Positions 1 through 10,864 are shown, counted from the first letter of the stretch. The stretch: DNA of 64,000 nt from Microbacteriaceae bacterium (GCA_050245915.1 JBFWWZ010000007.1:4647-68646); one strand, 5' to 3'. The notes: generated from the sequence alone by a model not told the origin. Program-made: numbers and translations.

Positions 1-357
1 CTCTATCGAGGGCGTGAGGGTATGTGGTCGTGGGTGCTGCACCGCATCACCGGCACCGCGATCTTCTTCTTCCTGCTGGTGCACATCCTCGACACCTCGC
101 TGATCCGGCTCGACGCCGCCGCCTACGACGCGGTCATCGGCACCTACAAGACGCCGATCATGGGCCTCGGCGAGCTGGCCCTCGTCGCCGCCATCGGGCT
201 CCACGCGCTCAACGGGCTGCGCATCATCGCGATCGACTTCACCTCCTGGGGGGTCCGCCACCAGCGGCTGATGTTCTGGATCGCGATCGCGCTCTGGGTG
301 CTCCTCATGGTCGGGTTCGCCCCCCGCCACCTGATGCACGTGTTCGGAGGCGAGTGA
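1..357 (+). CDS. sdhC: Succinate dehydrogenase cytochrome b subunit, 5' end outside window
   Basis: The frame is open from base 1 (LYRGREG precedes the Met at 22). It has three hydrophobic helices with conserved His residues. sdhD-sdhA-sdhB follow directly. Confidence 0.85.
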   Translation, partial: LYRGREGMWSWVLHRITGTAIFFFLLVHILDTSLIRLDAAAYDAVIGTYKTPIMGLGELALVAAIGLHALNGLRIIAIDFTSWGVRHQRLMFWIAIALWVLLMVGFAPRHLMHVFGGE

Positions 358-360
358 TCG

Positions 361-804
361 ATGTCGACGTCTGATATGGCGATCGAGGCGCCGCGCTCCC
401 GCCCCGTCCGCCGCCGCGGCGTGAACTGGGAGAAGTGGGGCTGGCTGTACATGCGGTTCAGCGGCATCCTGCTGGTCGTGCTCATCTTCGGGCACCTGCT
501 GGTGAACCTGTTCCTCGGCGACGGGGTCTCCGCCATCGACTTCGCATTCGTGGCGGGCAAGCTCGCCAACCCGTTCTGGATCGTCTGGGACACGCTGCTG
601 CTCTGGCTGGCCCTCATCCACGGTGCCAACGGCATGCGCACCCTCACCAACGACTACACCCGCGGCAGGCTGCGCGTCGTCCTGCTCGTCCTCCTCGCCG
701 GCGCCACCGTGGTGCTGCTCGTGCTCGGCACCCTGGTGCTGACCACGTTCGACCCCTGCATCGGCGGAACCGAAGTCGACGCCCTGATCGAGGCCTGCAG
801 CTAG
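361..804 (+). CDS. sdhD: Succinate dehydrogenase hydrophobic membrane anchor subunit
   Basis: 147 aa with three hydrophobic helices (GILLVVLIFGHLLVNL, LLLWLALIHGANG). It sits between sdhC and sdhA. Confidence 0.85.
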   Translation: MSTSDMAIEAPRSRPVRRRGVNWEKWGWLYMRFSGILLVVLIFGHLLVNLFLGDGVSAIDFAFVAGKLANPFWIVWDTLLLWLALIHGANGMRTLTNDYTRGRLRVVLLVLLAGATVVLLVLGTLVLTTFDPCIGGTEVDALIEACS

Positions 805-2616
805 GTGGCTGATAACTACATGGAATTCCACGACGGGGACGTCATCGACGGCGTCCACTACCACCAGTTCGATGTCGTCATCGTGGGCGCCGGCGGCGCC
901 GGCATGCGAGCCGCGATCGAAGCCGGCCCGAAAGCCAAGACGGCCGTCATCACCAAGCTCTACCCGACCCGCTCGCACACCGGCGCGGCACAGGGCGGGA
1001 TGGCGGCGGCGCTGGCCAACGTCGAAGAGGACAGCTGGGAGTGGCACACCTTCGACACCGTCAAGGGCGGCGACTACCTGGTCGACCAGGATGCCGCGGA
1101 GATCCTGGCGAAAGAGGCCATCGACGCGGTCCTCGACCTCGAGAACATGGGCCTGCCGTTCAACCGCACGCCGGAGGGCAAGATCGACCAGCGCCGCTTC
1201 GGCGGCCACACCCGCGACCACGGCAAGGCGCCCGTCCGCCGGGCCTGCTACGCCGCCGACCGCACCGGCCACATGATCCTGCAGACGCTGTTCCAGAACT
1301 GCGTGAAGCTCGGCGTCAACTTCTTCAACGAGTACTACGCGCTCGACCTCGTGATGACGACGGTGAAGGGCAAAGAGGTGCCGTCGGGCGTCGTCGCCTA
1401 CGAGCTGGCGACCGGTGAGATCCACGTGTTCCAGGCGAAGGCGATCGTCTTCGCCACCGGCGGCTTCGGCAAGATCTACAAGACCACCTCCAACGCCCAC
1501 ACCCTCACCGGTGACGGCGTCGGCATCATCTGGCGCAAGGGCCTGCCGCTGGAGGACATGGAGTTCTTCCAGTTCCATCCGACCGGACTGGCCGGCCTCG
1601 GCATCCTGCTCACCGAGGGAGCGCGAGGCGAGGGCGCCATCCTGCGCAACGCGTCGGGCGAGCGGTTCATGGAGCGCTACGCACCCACCATCAAAGACCT
1701 CGCACCGCGCGACATCGTCTCGCGCTGCATGGTGCAAGAGGTGGCGGAGGGGCGCGGCGCCGGACCACACAAGGACTACGTGCTGCTCGACTGCACGCAC
1801 CTCGGCGCCGAGGTGCTCGAGACGAAGCTCCCCGACATCACCGAGTTCGCGCGCACCTACCTCGGCGTCGACCCGGTCTACGAGCCGGTGCCGGTGATGC
1901 CCACCGCGCACTACGCGATGGGCGGCATCCCGACCAACGTGAAGGCCGAGGTGCTGCGCGACAACGACACCGTCGTGCCGGGCCTCTACGCCGCCGGCGA
2001 GTGCGCCTGCGTGTCGGTGCACGGCTCGAACCGCCTCGGCACCAACTCGCTGCTCGACATCAACGTGTTCGGCAAGCGCGCCGGCAACAACGCGGTCGAC
2101 TACGCCAAGGGCGTCGACTTCACGCCGCTGCCCGACGACCCGGCCGCGTTCGTGAAAGGCCTCGTCGCCCAGTTGCGCGACTCGGACGGCACCGAGCGCA
2201 TCGCGGCCCTGCGCAAAGAGCTGCAGGACGAGATGGACCGGAACGCCCAGGTGTTCCGCACCGACGAGTCGCTCGAGAAGGTCACCCAGACGATCCACTC
2301 GCTGCGTGAGCGGTACAAGAACGTCGGGATCCACGACAAGGGCCACCGGTTCAACACCGACCTGCTCGAGGCGATCGAGCTCGGCTTCCTGCTCGACCTC
2401 GCCGAGGTCGTGGTGTTCTCCGCCCGCAACCGCAAAGAGAGCCGCGGCGGGCACATGCGCGACGACTACCCGAAGCGCGACGACGAGACCTACATGAAGC
2501 ACACGATGGCGTACCTGACGGGCGACCCGCACTCGGCCGACGCCGCCGACCACATCACGCTCGACTGGAAGCCGGTCGTGATCACGAACTACCAGCCCAT
2601 GGAACGGAAGTACTGA
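805..2616 (+). CDS. sdhA: Succinate dehydrogenase flavoprotein subunit
   Basis: 603 aa. Motifs seen: dinucleotide fold [14 protein letters not shown], covalent-FAD site [17 protein letters not shown] and [14 protein letters not shown] 805 abuts the sdhD stop; an in-frame ATG at 820 is an alternative start. Confidence 0.95.
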   Translation: MADNYMEFHDGDVIDGVHYHQFDVVIVGAGGAGMRAAIEAGPKAKTAVITKLYPTRSHTGAAQGGMAAALANVEEDSWEWHTFDTVKGGDYLVDQDAAEILAKEAIDAVLDLENMGLPFNRTPEGKIDQRRFGGHTRDHGKAPVRRACYAADRTGHMILQTLFQNCVKLGVNFFNEYYALDLVMTTVKGKEVPSGVVAYELATGEIHVFQAKAIVFATGGFGKIYKTTSNAHTLTGDGVGIIWRKGLPLEDMEFFQFHPTGLAGLGILLTEGARGEGAILRNASGERFMERYAPTIKDLAPRDIVSRCMVQEVAEGRGAGPHKDYVLLDCTHLGAEVLETKLPDITEFARTYLGVDPVYEPVPVMPTAHYAMGGIPTNVKAEVLRDNDTVVPGLYAAGECACVSVHGSNRLGTNSLLDINVFGKRAGNNAVDYAKGVDFTPLPDDPAAFVKGLVAQLRDSDGTERIAALRKELQDEMDRNAQVFRTDESLEKVTQTIHSLRERYKNVGIHDKGHRFNTDLLEAIELGFLLDLAEVVVFSARNRKESRGGHMRDDYPKRDDETYMKHTMAYLTGDPHSADAADHITLDWKPVVITNYQPMERKY

Positions 2617-3407
2617 TGGCCGTCGTCACCGAAGAGCCCGGCAACCCCTCGGTCGAGGCGGGCATCGAGGCGTTCACCGTGACCCTGATCATCCGCCGGT
2701 TCGACCCGGAGACGATGACCGAGCCGGTCTGGCAGGACTTCGACGTCGACATGTACCCGACCGACCGCGTGCTCGACGCCCTCCACAAGATCAAGTGGGA
2801 GCAGGACGGCTCGCTGTCGTTCCGGCGCTCATGCGCCCACGGCATCTGCGGCTCCGACGCGATGCGCATCAACGGCCGCAACCGGCTCGCCTGCAAGACG
2901 CTCATCAAAGACCTCGACATCAGCCAGCCGATCTACGTGGAAGCCATCAAGGGCCTGCCGCTGGAGAAGGACCTGATCGTCGACATGGAGCCGTTCTTCG
3001 AGTCGTACCGGCAGATCCAGCCGTTCCTGATCGCCGACTCGAAGCCGAAAGACGGGAAAGAGCGGATCCAGTCGGTCGCGCAGCGCGAGCGGTTCGACGA
3101 CACCACCAAGTGCATCCTCTGCGCCGCGTGCACCTCGTCGTGCCCGGTGTTCTGGACCGACGGCCAGTACTTCGGGCCGGCCGCCATCGTCAACGCGCAC
3201 CGCTTCATCTTCGACAGCCGCGACGAGGGCGCCCAGGTGCGCCTCGACATCCTGAACGACAAAGAGGGCGTGTGGCGCTGCCGCACCACCTTCAACTGCT
3301 CGGAGGCGTGCCCGCGCGGCATCCAGGTGACCCAGGCCATCGCCGAGGTGAAGAACGCGATCCTGCAGGGCCGCCCGCAACTGCCGGAAGACCAGCCCGC
3401 CGCCTGA
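2616..3407 (+). CDS. sdhB: Succinate dehydrogenase iron-sulfur subunit
   Basis: 263 aa with Fe-S cluster motifs CAHGICGSDAM, CILCAACTSSCP and CRTTFNCSEACP. Its ATG overlaps the sdhA TGA by 1 nt. Confidence 0.95.
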   Translation: MAVVTEEPGNPSVEAGIEAFTVTLIIRRFDPETMTEPVWQDFDVDMYPTDRVLDALHKIKWEQDGSLSFRRSCAHGICGSDAMRINGRNRLACKTLIKDLDISQPIYVEAIKGLPLEKDLIVDMEPFFESYRQIQPFLIADSKPKDGKERIQSVAQRERFDDTTKCILCAACTSSCPVFWTDGQYFGPAAIVNAHRFIFDSRDEGAQVRLDILNDKEGVWRCRTTFNCSEACPRGIQVTQAIAEVKNAILQGRPQLPEDQPAA

Positions 3408-3526
3408 CCTGCGTGGTGGGCGATCGCCCGCCGCGCTGCCGAGCGACCCGCCTGCGAAGGGCGCTCGCGCGCGGCCGCAGCAGGCGCATGCGCGCCGCAG
3501 GAGCGGCGGCGCGCCAGAAGACAGAA

Positions 3527-3568
3527 GGCCCGGCGCCGCAGCGGCTGGGATCGCTACGGCACCGGGCC
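3527..3568 (+). terminator. Candidate stem-loop downstream of sdhB
   Basis: GGCCCGGCGCCG / CGGCACCGGGCC forms a 12-bp stem with one mismatch, plus inner AGCG/CGCT pairs. It lies about 120 nt after the sdhB stop. There is no U-tract. Confidence 0.3.
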
Positions 3569-3718
3569 GGTTCCACCGCTGATGGGACGTCTGGCGATGG
3601 GGGCTCTGGCGAGCCTCACCTGAAGAGACGGGATACCGGGCTCGCTATGACGCGGAACGCGCGTCACGCTCCACCCCGCATTCGGGGGGCACGGGACTCC
3701 CCGGCCAGTACCGGCTGA

Positions 3719-3765
3719 CCGAGACCGCGCGGTCACGCGGGCTGGCGCGAGTCGCGCGGTCTCGG
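3719..3765 (-). terminator. Stem-loop immediately 3' of the ECF sigma fusion gene (possibly bidirectional)
   Basis: A perfect 13-bp inverted repeat, CCGAGACCGCGCG ... CGCGCGGTCTCGG, ends 4 nt from the stop codon at 3769-3771. Confidence 0.45.
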
Positions 3766-3768
3766 AGA

Positions 3769-5295
3769 TCAGCCGACGGCGATGACGGGGAGCCCTCCGG
3801 ACGACGAGCCGATGGTCAGCGGCTGCAGCACCTGCAGGACGCCGCCGAGCAGGCCGCCGAGCAGGCTCTGGTCGACGGTCTGCACCACGGACAGGCTGCC
3901 GACCGCCTGCGGGATGCCGCCGGCCGAGATCGAGTAGGTCCCGTTCGCGGCGACGGTGGTGGTGGCGTAGACCGTTCCGGCGGCCTTCAGCGCGACACTG
4001 GCGCCGGGTGTGCCGGTTCCCGAGATGGAGACGTTGAGGGTGACGGGCTGCTGGACCACCGCGACGACGTCCGCGACCGTGTCGTCCACGGTATCCACCA
4101 CGCCGCCCACGAGATCGCCGACACCGTCGGTGACGCCGCCCACGGCGCCGCCGAGTGCTCCGGCGCCTCCAGTGCCCACGTCGCTCGGCGACGGGCCGGC
4201 GGGGCCGGGGCCGGCCGCGGGGCCGCCGGACCCGACCGGGCGGGTGACCGCGTCATCCTGGGCGGCCGCGACGACCACCTCGGTACCGGGCCCGGTCGCG
4301 GGGTCGCCGCCGAGCGAGCCGACGGCGATGCCGGAACCGAGTACGGCGACGACGGCGAGGCCGCCGACCAGGGCGCTGGTGGTGGCGGCGCCGGCGAGGC
4401 TGAAGGCTCCCGCGATCGCGGACCCGGCGGCCGCACCGCCGGCGGCGATCGCCTCCACGCTCTGCGGCATCGCGGGCACGGCCATGTCGGCGGCCATCGC
4501 GGTGCCCGGCTGGGACAGCTGGGAGAGCAACGAGCCGCCCGCGATGCCGCCGAGCAGCAGCGGCAGCATGACCATCGCGAGGTGCGAGCCGACCTCCTCG
4601 ACCTCCTCGGAGACGATGGTGCACTTCGCGCAGTCGGCCAGGTGGTCGGTGAGCCGCTGCGCGTCGCGGGCGCTCAGGCCGTCGCGGGCGTGGTCGCCGA
4701 GCCGCGACATCGTCCACTGGCATTCACCGGATGCGGTGGCGTCGGAGATGTGGGCCTGCAGCCAGGCCTTGCGCAGGCCCTCGCGCGCCCGGTACGAGAG
4801 CGCGGCGACGCTGTTGGCGCTGATGCCCATCAGCGGCGCGACCTCGTGCGGGTCCATGCCCTCGACCTCGGTGTACCAGAGCACGGTCTGCCAGCGCTCC
4901 GGGAGGCCGCGGAAGGCGCGCGCGGTGAGCGTCCGGTCGAGCGCGTAGGCGGCCGGGTCGTCCGGGATCCGCTCGTCCTCGAAGTCCTCGATCATGTCCA
5001 CCTGGATGTCGCGCGACGCCGCGCCCCAGGTGCTCGCCAGATTGCGGATCGTCGTATAGAGATACGGACGGAAGGCCCCGGTGGGACCGCCGCCCGCCAG
5101 CACTCGCTGAAAGATGCGTGCATATGCCTCGGAGACGAGGTCATCCGCATCGATGCTCGTGAACTGGCGGGCGACGCGAGCGGCGGGGCGGAAATGACGG
5201 CGCCAGAGCTCCGCAAAAGCGCTCGTATCCCCCGATCGAGCGCTTTCGATCAATTCCGCGTCCGAAGTGGTCGGCTTCGGGTCCGAACCGCTCAT
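3769..5295 (-). CDS. ECF (sigma-70 family) sigma factor fused to a ZAS-type anti-sigma motif, membrane segment(s) and an Ig-like C-terminal domain
   Basis: 508 aa. Residues 1-185 carry sigma2/sigma4 regions (FRPYLYTTIRN; GISANSVAALSYRAREGLR). They are followed by C192-x25-H218-x3-C222-x2-C225, hydrophobic Ala/Gly/Leu stretches, a Gly/Pro-rich linker and a beta-rich C-terminus. Confidence 0.85.
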   Translation of the reverse strand: MSGSDPKPTTSDAELIESARSGDTSAFAELWRRHFRPAARVARQFTSIDADDLVSEAYARIFQRVLAGGGPTGAFRPYLYTTIRNLASTWGAASRDIQVDMIEDFEDERIPDDPAAYALDRTLTARAFRGLPERWQTVLWYTEVEGMDPHEVAPLMGISANSVAALSYRAREGLRKAWLQAHISDATASGECQWTMSRLGDHARDGLSARDAQRLTDHLADCAKCTIVSEEVEEVGSHLAMVMLPLLLGGIAGGSLLSQLSQPGTAMAADMAVPAMPQSVEAIAAGGAAAGSAIAGAFSLAGAATTSALVGGLAVVAVLGSGIAVGSLGGDPATGPGTEVVVAAAQDDAVTRPVGSGGPAAGPGPAGPSPSDVGTGGAGALGGAVGGVTDGVGDLVGGVVDTVDDTVADVVAVVQQPVTLNVSISGTGTPGASVALKAAGTVYATTTVAANGTYSISAGGIPQAVGSLSVVQTVDQSLLGGLLGGVLQVLQPLTIGSSSGGLPVIAVG

Positions 5296-5448
5296 CCCCC
5301 TGATCCATTCTGGGCCTCTCTGTGTCCCTATGAATGGAGGAAGCCTCAGTGACCCCCGTCACCGATGACGTCCTCATAAGGAGAGACGACCCTAGGCATC
5401 CACTATGATGCGGGGTTTCGTCAGGTCATGACCCCCCTTTCGGGGGTA

Positions 5449-6306
5449 CTACCGGGCCCGGCTGCGCACGTGCAGCAGCGTCATCACCCACATCCGGTAC
5501 GGACTCCACGCGGCCGAGAGCGCGATCGCCGTCGCCGGGTCCGGGATGCCGGGGCGGTCGAATGCGTCGCGCACGACCTCCAGCGACATCGCATCGGTCG
5601 TGATGCCGTCGACGATGCCGGCTCCGCGATACAGGATGCCCTGGGCGAAGAAGGGCCCCACCCCGGCGATCGCCCGCAGCCGGGCGAGCGCCTCCTCCTC
5701 GGGCAGCGTCCGCAGCGCCGCCCGGTCCAGCAGCCCGTCGAGCGCCGCACGCGCCACCCCGTGCAGCCGCTCGACCGTGACCGGGGCGACGCCCGGGATC
5801 ACGTCGATCCCGAGGAGGCGCTCCGGGCCGGGGAATGCACAGACCGCGGTCCCGGCGATCTCGATCCGCTCGCCGTGCTCCTCGGCGATCCGCTGCCGGA
5901 TGCGGCGGGTCTGCACGATCGAGATGCGGTGCCCGATGACGAACGCCGCGGCGGCCTCGTACGGCGAGTGGAACAGCGACGGGCGCATCCACCGGTACTC
6001 GCGCTGCAGCCCGCCGACGAGCGGGTCGCGCTCACCGAGAGCGGGCCAGCCGGCGCCGTCGATGTCGGCCGATACCGCGGCGAGCCCCTGCGCGAACGCC
6101 CGCGCCGGATCGCCGGCGGCGACATCGCCGACCAGCTCGCTCCCCTCCTGGCGCAGCACGAGGGCCGCCGGCTCCCACGTCTCCTCGACGGGGAACGCCT
6201 GCACGATCGCCTCCGGCTCGTCCGGGACGTTCGGCCATCCGTTGAAGAACCCGTTCTGGAACGCGAGGTCGATCGGTCCCCGCACCGGATGCCGGAGCAC
6301 GGTCAC
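5449..6306 (-). CDS. DNA-3-methyladenine glycosylase II family (HhH-GPD, AlkA-like) protein
   Basis: 285 aa starting from GTG 6306, which makes a GTGA overlap with the ptsI stop. It has the helix-hairpin-helix LRAIAGVGPFFAQGILYRGAG followed by ITTD. The upstream part of the 441-aa ORF is Arg/Gly-rich overlap with ptsI and was discarded. Confidence 0.8.
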   Translation of the reverse strand: MTVLRHPVRGPIDLAFQNGFFNGWPNVPDEPEAIVQAFPVEETWEPAALVLRQEGSELVGDVAAGDPARAFAQGLAAVSADIDGAGWPALGERDPLVGGLQREYRWMRPSLFHSPYEAAAAFVIGHRISIVQTRRIRQRIAEEHGERIEIAGTAVCAFPGPERLLGIDVIPGVAPVTVERLHGVARAALDGLLDRAALRTLPEEEALARLRAIAGVGPFFAQGILYRGAGIVDGITTDAMSLEVVRDAFDRPGIPDPATAIALSAAWSPYRMWVMTLLHVRSRAR

Positions 6307-7946
6307 ACCGCCGCCGCCGCCTCGCGCGCCCCGGCCGCGGTGGTCGCGGCGAGCGCCGCCGCCGCCTTCGACTTCGCCCGTTCGAGCGTCACACCGGCGA
6401 GTTCCGCGCGCACGTCGGCGAGCGCGGCGGGGGTCATCGACAGGGTCGTGGCTCCGAGCCCGACCAGCACGACGGCCAGCTGCGGGTCGGCAGCCGCCTC
6501 GCCGCAGATGCCGACCGGTTTGCCGGTCGTCGCGCCCGCATCGCCCAGCAGCTTCACCAGGCGCAACACCGCGGGATGCCACGGGTCCTGATACGCGGCG
6601 ACGGTGCCGAGCATGCGGTCGGCGGCGAGCGTGTACTGCGTGAGGTCGTTCGTGCCGATGCTGACGAAGTCGCTGAGCTCGGCGACCTGGTCCGCGACGA
6701 CCGCGAGCGAGGGCACCTCGGCCATGACACCGACGGCGTGCAGGCCGAGCTTCTTGCCGTACTCGACGAACCACTGCGTCTCGGACGCATCCGCGACCAT
6801 CGGCGCCATCACCCAGAGGTCGGCCTCGCTCTGATCCTGCGCGTTCTTCAGCGCCTGCAGCTGGTCGTGCAGGATCTCCGTCTTGGCGCGCAGCGCCCGC
6901 AGCCCGCGCAGCCCGAGGGCCGGGTTCTCTTCGTGTGCGTCGTTCAGGAAGCTCAGCGGCTTGTCGGCGCCGGCGTCGAGCGCGCGCACGACCACCTTCT
7001 TGCCGGGGAAGTGCCTCAGCAGTTCGACGTACTGCGCCTCCTGCTCCTCCACCGTCGGCGCCGACTGCGCGTCGAGGAACAGGAACTCGGTGCGGAACAG
7101 CCCGACGCCCTCCGCGCCCAGCTCCACGGCGGCGGCGGCGTCCTTGGGGGATCCGAGGTTCGCCAGCAGCGGCACCTTGGTGCCGTCGGCGAGGGCGCCG
7201 TCGGTGATCGGCGCCGCCGCCTGCGCGGCGCGTTCCGCGATCCGCTTCTCGGCATCCGCGACCTCGTCGTCGGTGGGGTCGACGGTGACGACGCCCGACG
7301 CCGCGTAGAGCACGACCCGCGTGCCCTCGGCGATGACGGCGTCGGCGCCGACTCCGACGATGGCGGGGATCGACTTCGCGCGCGCGAGGATCGCGGCGTG
7401 GCTGGTGGGACCTCCGTCGCGCGTGATCAGCCCGAGCACCTTGTCGAGATCGAGCAGCGCCGTGTCGGCGGGGGCCAGGTCACGGGCGAGCAGGATGAAG
7501 GGGGAATCCGAGTCGGGCACGCCCGGCACCGGCACCCCGCGCAGCTGGGCGATGATGCGCTGCGACACGTCCCCGAGGTCGGCGGCGCGCTCCGCCATGT
7601 AGCCGCCGAGGGCGGTGAGCTGCTCCTGGAACGAGCGGAACGCCTCGAACACGGCGCGCTCCCCCGTCGTGCCCGCCGCGATGCGTGCGGAGACGTCGTC
7701 CGCGAGCATCGGGTCCTGCGCCATCTGGATCGCGGCCTCGATGACCTCGCGGCCCGCACCGTCGGCACGGCCGGCGCGCTCCTGGAGGTCGGCCGCCGCA
7801 GCGGCCACGGCGGCGTCGACGGCGGCCTTCTCGGCAGCGGCGTCTCCGCCGTGCTTCTGCTCCGCGGGGTCGGGGAGGGGCTCCGGCATGGTGAGCACCG
7901 GGCCGACGGCGATGCCGCGACCCACTCCGACTCCGCGCAGCTCCAT
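6303..7946 (-). CDS. ptsI: Phosphoenolpyruvate-protein phosphotransferase (PTS enzyme I)
   Basis: 547 aa with the phospho-His region GGPTSHAAILARA and the PEP-utilising motif FVSIGTNDLTQYTLAADR. Confidence 0.93.
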   Translation of the reverse strand: MELRGVGVGRGIAVGPVLTMPEPLPDPAEQKHGGDAAAEKAAVDAAVAAAAADLQERAGRADGAGREVIEAAIQMAQDPMLADDVSARIAAGTTGERAVFEAFRSFQEQLTALGGYMAERAADLGDVSQRIIAQLRGVPVPGVPDSDSPFILLARDLAPADTALLDLDKVLGLITRDGGPTSHAAILARAKSIPAIVGVGADAVIAEGTRVVLYAASGVVTVDPTDDEVADAEKRIAERAAQAAAPITDGALADGTKVPLLANLGSPKDAAAAVELGAEGVGLFRTEFLFLDAQSAPTVEEQEAQYVELLRHFPGKKVVVRALDAGADKPLSFLNDAHEENPALGLRGLRALRAKTEILHDQLQALKNAQDQSEADLWVMAPMVADASETQWFVEYGKKLGLHAVGVMAEVPSLAVVADQVAELSDFVSIGTNDLTQYTLAADRMLGTVAAYQDPWHPAVLRLVKLLGDAGATTGKPVGICGEAAADPQLAVVLVGLGATTLSMTPAALADVRAELAGVTLERAKSKAAAALAATTAAGAREAAAAV

Positions 7947-8017
7947 CGGCGTTCCTCTCCCTCAGGGTGGGTTGTCAAGCCAGAGGCCAGCCTATCCGCG
8001 ATGGCTAGGGTGGCTTC

Positions 8018-9040
8018 ATGGCGATCGGCGAGCGGATCAGGGCGATCGTCGCCACCGTTCAGACGTGGAAGCCGGTGCGGGTGTTCCGGCATTTCGCGGC
8101 CCGCCGCGGCCCCATCCTGGCTGCCGGCCTGTCGTATCAGGCGCTGTTCTCCGTGTTCGCCGCTCTGTGGGCGGTGTTCTCCGCCGCGGGCATTGTGATC
8201 GGCGCGAACGAGGACCTGCGCGATGCCCTGCTCGATGTGATCGGCACGTCGGTCCCCGGCCTGATCGATCGCGGAGACGGCGGCGCCATCGACCCGCAGG
8301 ACCTGTTCTCGGCGAGCGCCCTCGGCTGGGCGGGTGCCTTCGCCATCCTGGTGTCGCTGGTCACCGCGATCGCCTGGCTGGGGTCAGCCCGCGACGCCGT
8401 TCGCGACATCGCCGACCTGGCCGCCCCGCCCACGAACTTCCTGCTGCTGAAGCTGAAAGACCTCGGCCTCGCCGTCGCGTTCGGCCTCGCCCTGCTGCTC
8501 TCCGCGGCACTGTCGCTCGGCAGCACCACGTTGCTGTCCTGGGTGCTCGACGGCGTCGGCATCGACGAGGACTCGGTGCTCGCCACCGTCTCCGCCCGCG
8601 CGCTCGGGCTGCTGCTCGCGTTCGTGCTCGATGTCGCGGTGCTCGCGGCGCTGTACCGCATCCTCGCCGGGGTGCCGATTCCGGCGAGGCCGCTCTGGCA
8701 GGGCGCGACCCTCGGCGCACTCGCGCTCGGCGTGCTGAAGGTGCTCGGCTCCGCGCTGCTCGGCGGTGCGACCAGCAACCCGCTGATCGGCGCGTTCGCC
8801 GTCGTGGTCGGACTGCTGATCTGGTTCAACTTCGCCTGCCAGGTCATCCTGATCGGCGCGGCCTGGGTGGTGGTGAGCGCCACCGACCAGGGCGTGCCGC
8901 TCGATCCGGTCGGCGACCGCGAGCGTCGCCAGGCGGAGGCCAGGCTGCGGCTCGAGATCGAGGAGCAGGTGCGCGCCGAGTACGAGGCGTCGCTGCCCCG
9001 CGCGGTGCGCTGGCTGGCGCGCCGGCGTCGGAGGACGTAA
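8018..9040 (+). CDS. YihY/BrkB family inner membrane protein
   Basis: 340 aa with about 6 hydrophobic helices, AAGLSYQALFSVFAAL near the N-terminus and a charged C-terminal tail. Confidence 0.85.
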   Translation: MAIGERIRAIVATVQTWKPVRVFRHFAARRGPILAAGLSYQALFSVFAALWAVFSAAGIVIGANEDLRDALLDVIGTSVPGLIDRGDGGAIDPQDLFSASALGWAGAFAILVSLVTAIAWLGSARDAVRDIADLAAPPTNFLLLKLKDLGLAVAFGLALLLSAALSLGSTTLLSWVLDGVGIDEDSVLATVSARALGLLLAFVLDVAVLAALYRILAGVPIPARPLWQGATLGALALGVLKVLGSALLGGATSNPLIGAFAVVVGLLIWFNFACQVILIGAAWVVVSATDQGVPLDPVGDRERRQAEARLRLEIEEQVRAEYEASLPRAVRWLARRRRRT

Positions 9041-9054
9041 CTACTCTCGACAGG

Positions 9055-9852
9055 GTGACCCGCCCCCTCCGCATCGCCACCGCCAACGTCAACGGCATCC
9101 GCGCGGCCTACCGCCGCGGCATGGGCGACTGGCTCGCCGGGCGCGCGATCGACATCCTGGCCCTGCAAGAGGTGCGGGCCGAGACGGGCGACCTGACCGT
9201 GCTGCTCGGCGACGAGTGGGATGTCGTGCACGACCCCGCGACGGCGAAGGGTCGCGCGGGTGTCGCCATCGCATCCCGCCACCGCGCCTCGATCCACCGG
9301 GTCGCGATCGGCGCCGACGACTTCGACAGCGCCGGCCGCTGGCTCGAAGCCGACTACGAGGTCGGGGGCCACGAACTCACCGTGGTGTCCGCGTACGTGC
9401 ACTCCGGCGAGGCGGGCACCCCGAAGCAGGAGGACAAGTTCCGCCTGCTGGCCGGCATGACGGAGCGCATGCACGAGCTGGGCGCCGGCGATCGCCGGGC
9501 GGTGGTGCTGGGCGACCTCAACGTCGGGCACACCGAGCTCGACATCAAGAACTGGAAAGGCAACCTGACGCGGGCCGGGTTCCTGCCGGAGGAGCGCGCC
9601 TACTTCGACCGCTGGTTCGCCGACGGGTGGGTGGACGTCGGCCGCCGGCACGCGGGCGATGTCCCCGGCCCGTACACCTGGTGGTCGTGGCGCGGCAAGG
9701 CGTTCGACATCGATTCGGGATGGCGCATCGACTACCAGCTCGCCTCGCCCGCCCTCGCCGCATCCGTCATGTCGTATGCGGTCGACCGCGCCCCCAGCTA
9801 CGCCGAGCGCTGGAGCGACCACGCGCCGGTCGTGGTGGACTACCGGCTCTAG
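9055..9852 (+). CDS. xthA: Exodeoxyribonuclease III / AP endonuclease family
   Basis: 265 aa starting from GTG 9055. Motifs seen: LRIATANVNGIR, ILALQEV, VLGDLNV and SDHAPVVVDY. The long upstream part of ORF 7615..9852 is antisense junk. Confidence 0.88.
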   Translation: MTRPLRIATANVNGIRAAYRRGMGDWLAGRAIDILALQEVRAETGDLTVLLGDEWDVVHDPATAKGRAGVAIASRHRASIHRVAIGADDFDSAGRWLEADYEVGGHELTVVSAYVHSGEAGTPKQEDKFRLLAGMTERMHELGAGDRRAVVLGDLNVGHTELDIKNWKGNLTRAGFLPEERAYFDRWFADGWVDVGRRHAGDVPGPYTWWSWRGKAFDIDSGWRIDYQLASPALAASVMSYAVDRAPSYAERWSDHAPVVVDYRL

Positions 9853-9858
9853 GCTTGA

Positions 9859-10863
<1,005 letters not shown>

Positions 10864-10864
10864 G

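Noticed and set aside
4010-4948. 312-aa plus-strand Pro/Ala/Ser/Thr-rich ORF inside the sigma fusion gene
   Set aside because: It mirrors the Ala/Gly-rich coding strand, has no start context, and the minus-strand reading gives coherent sigma, ZAS and TM features.
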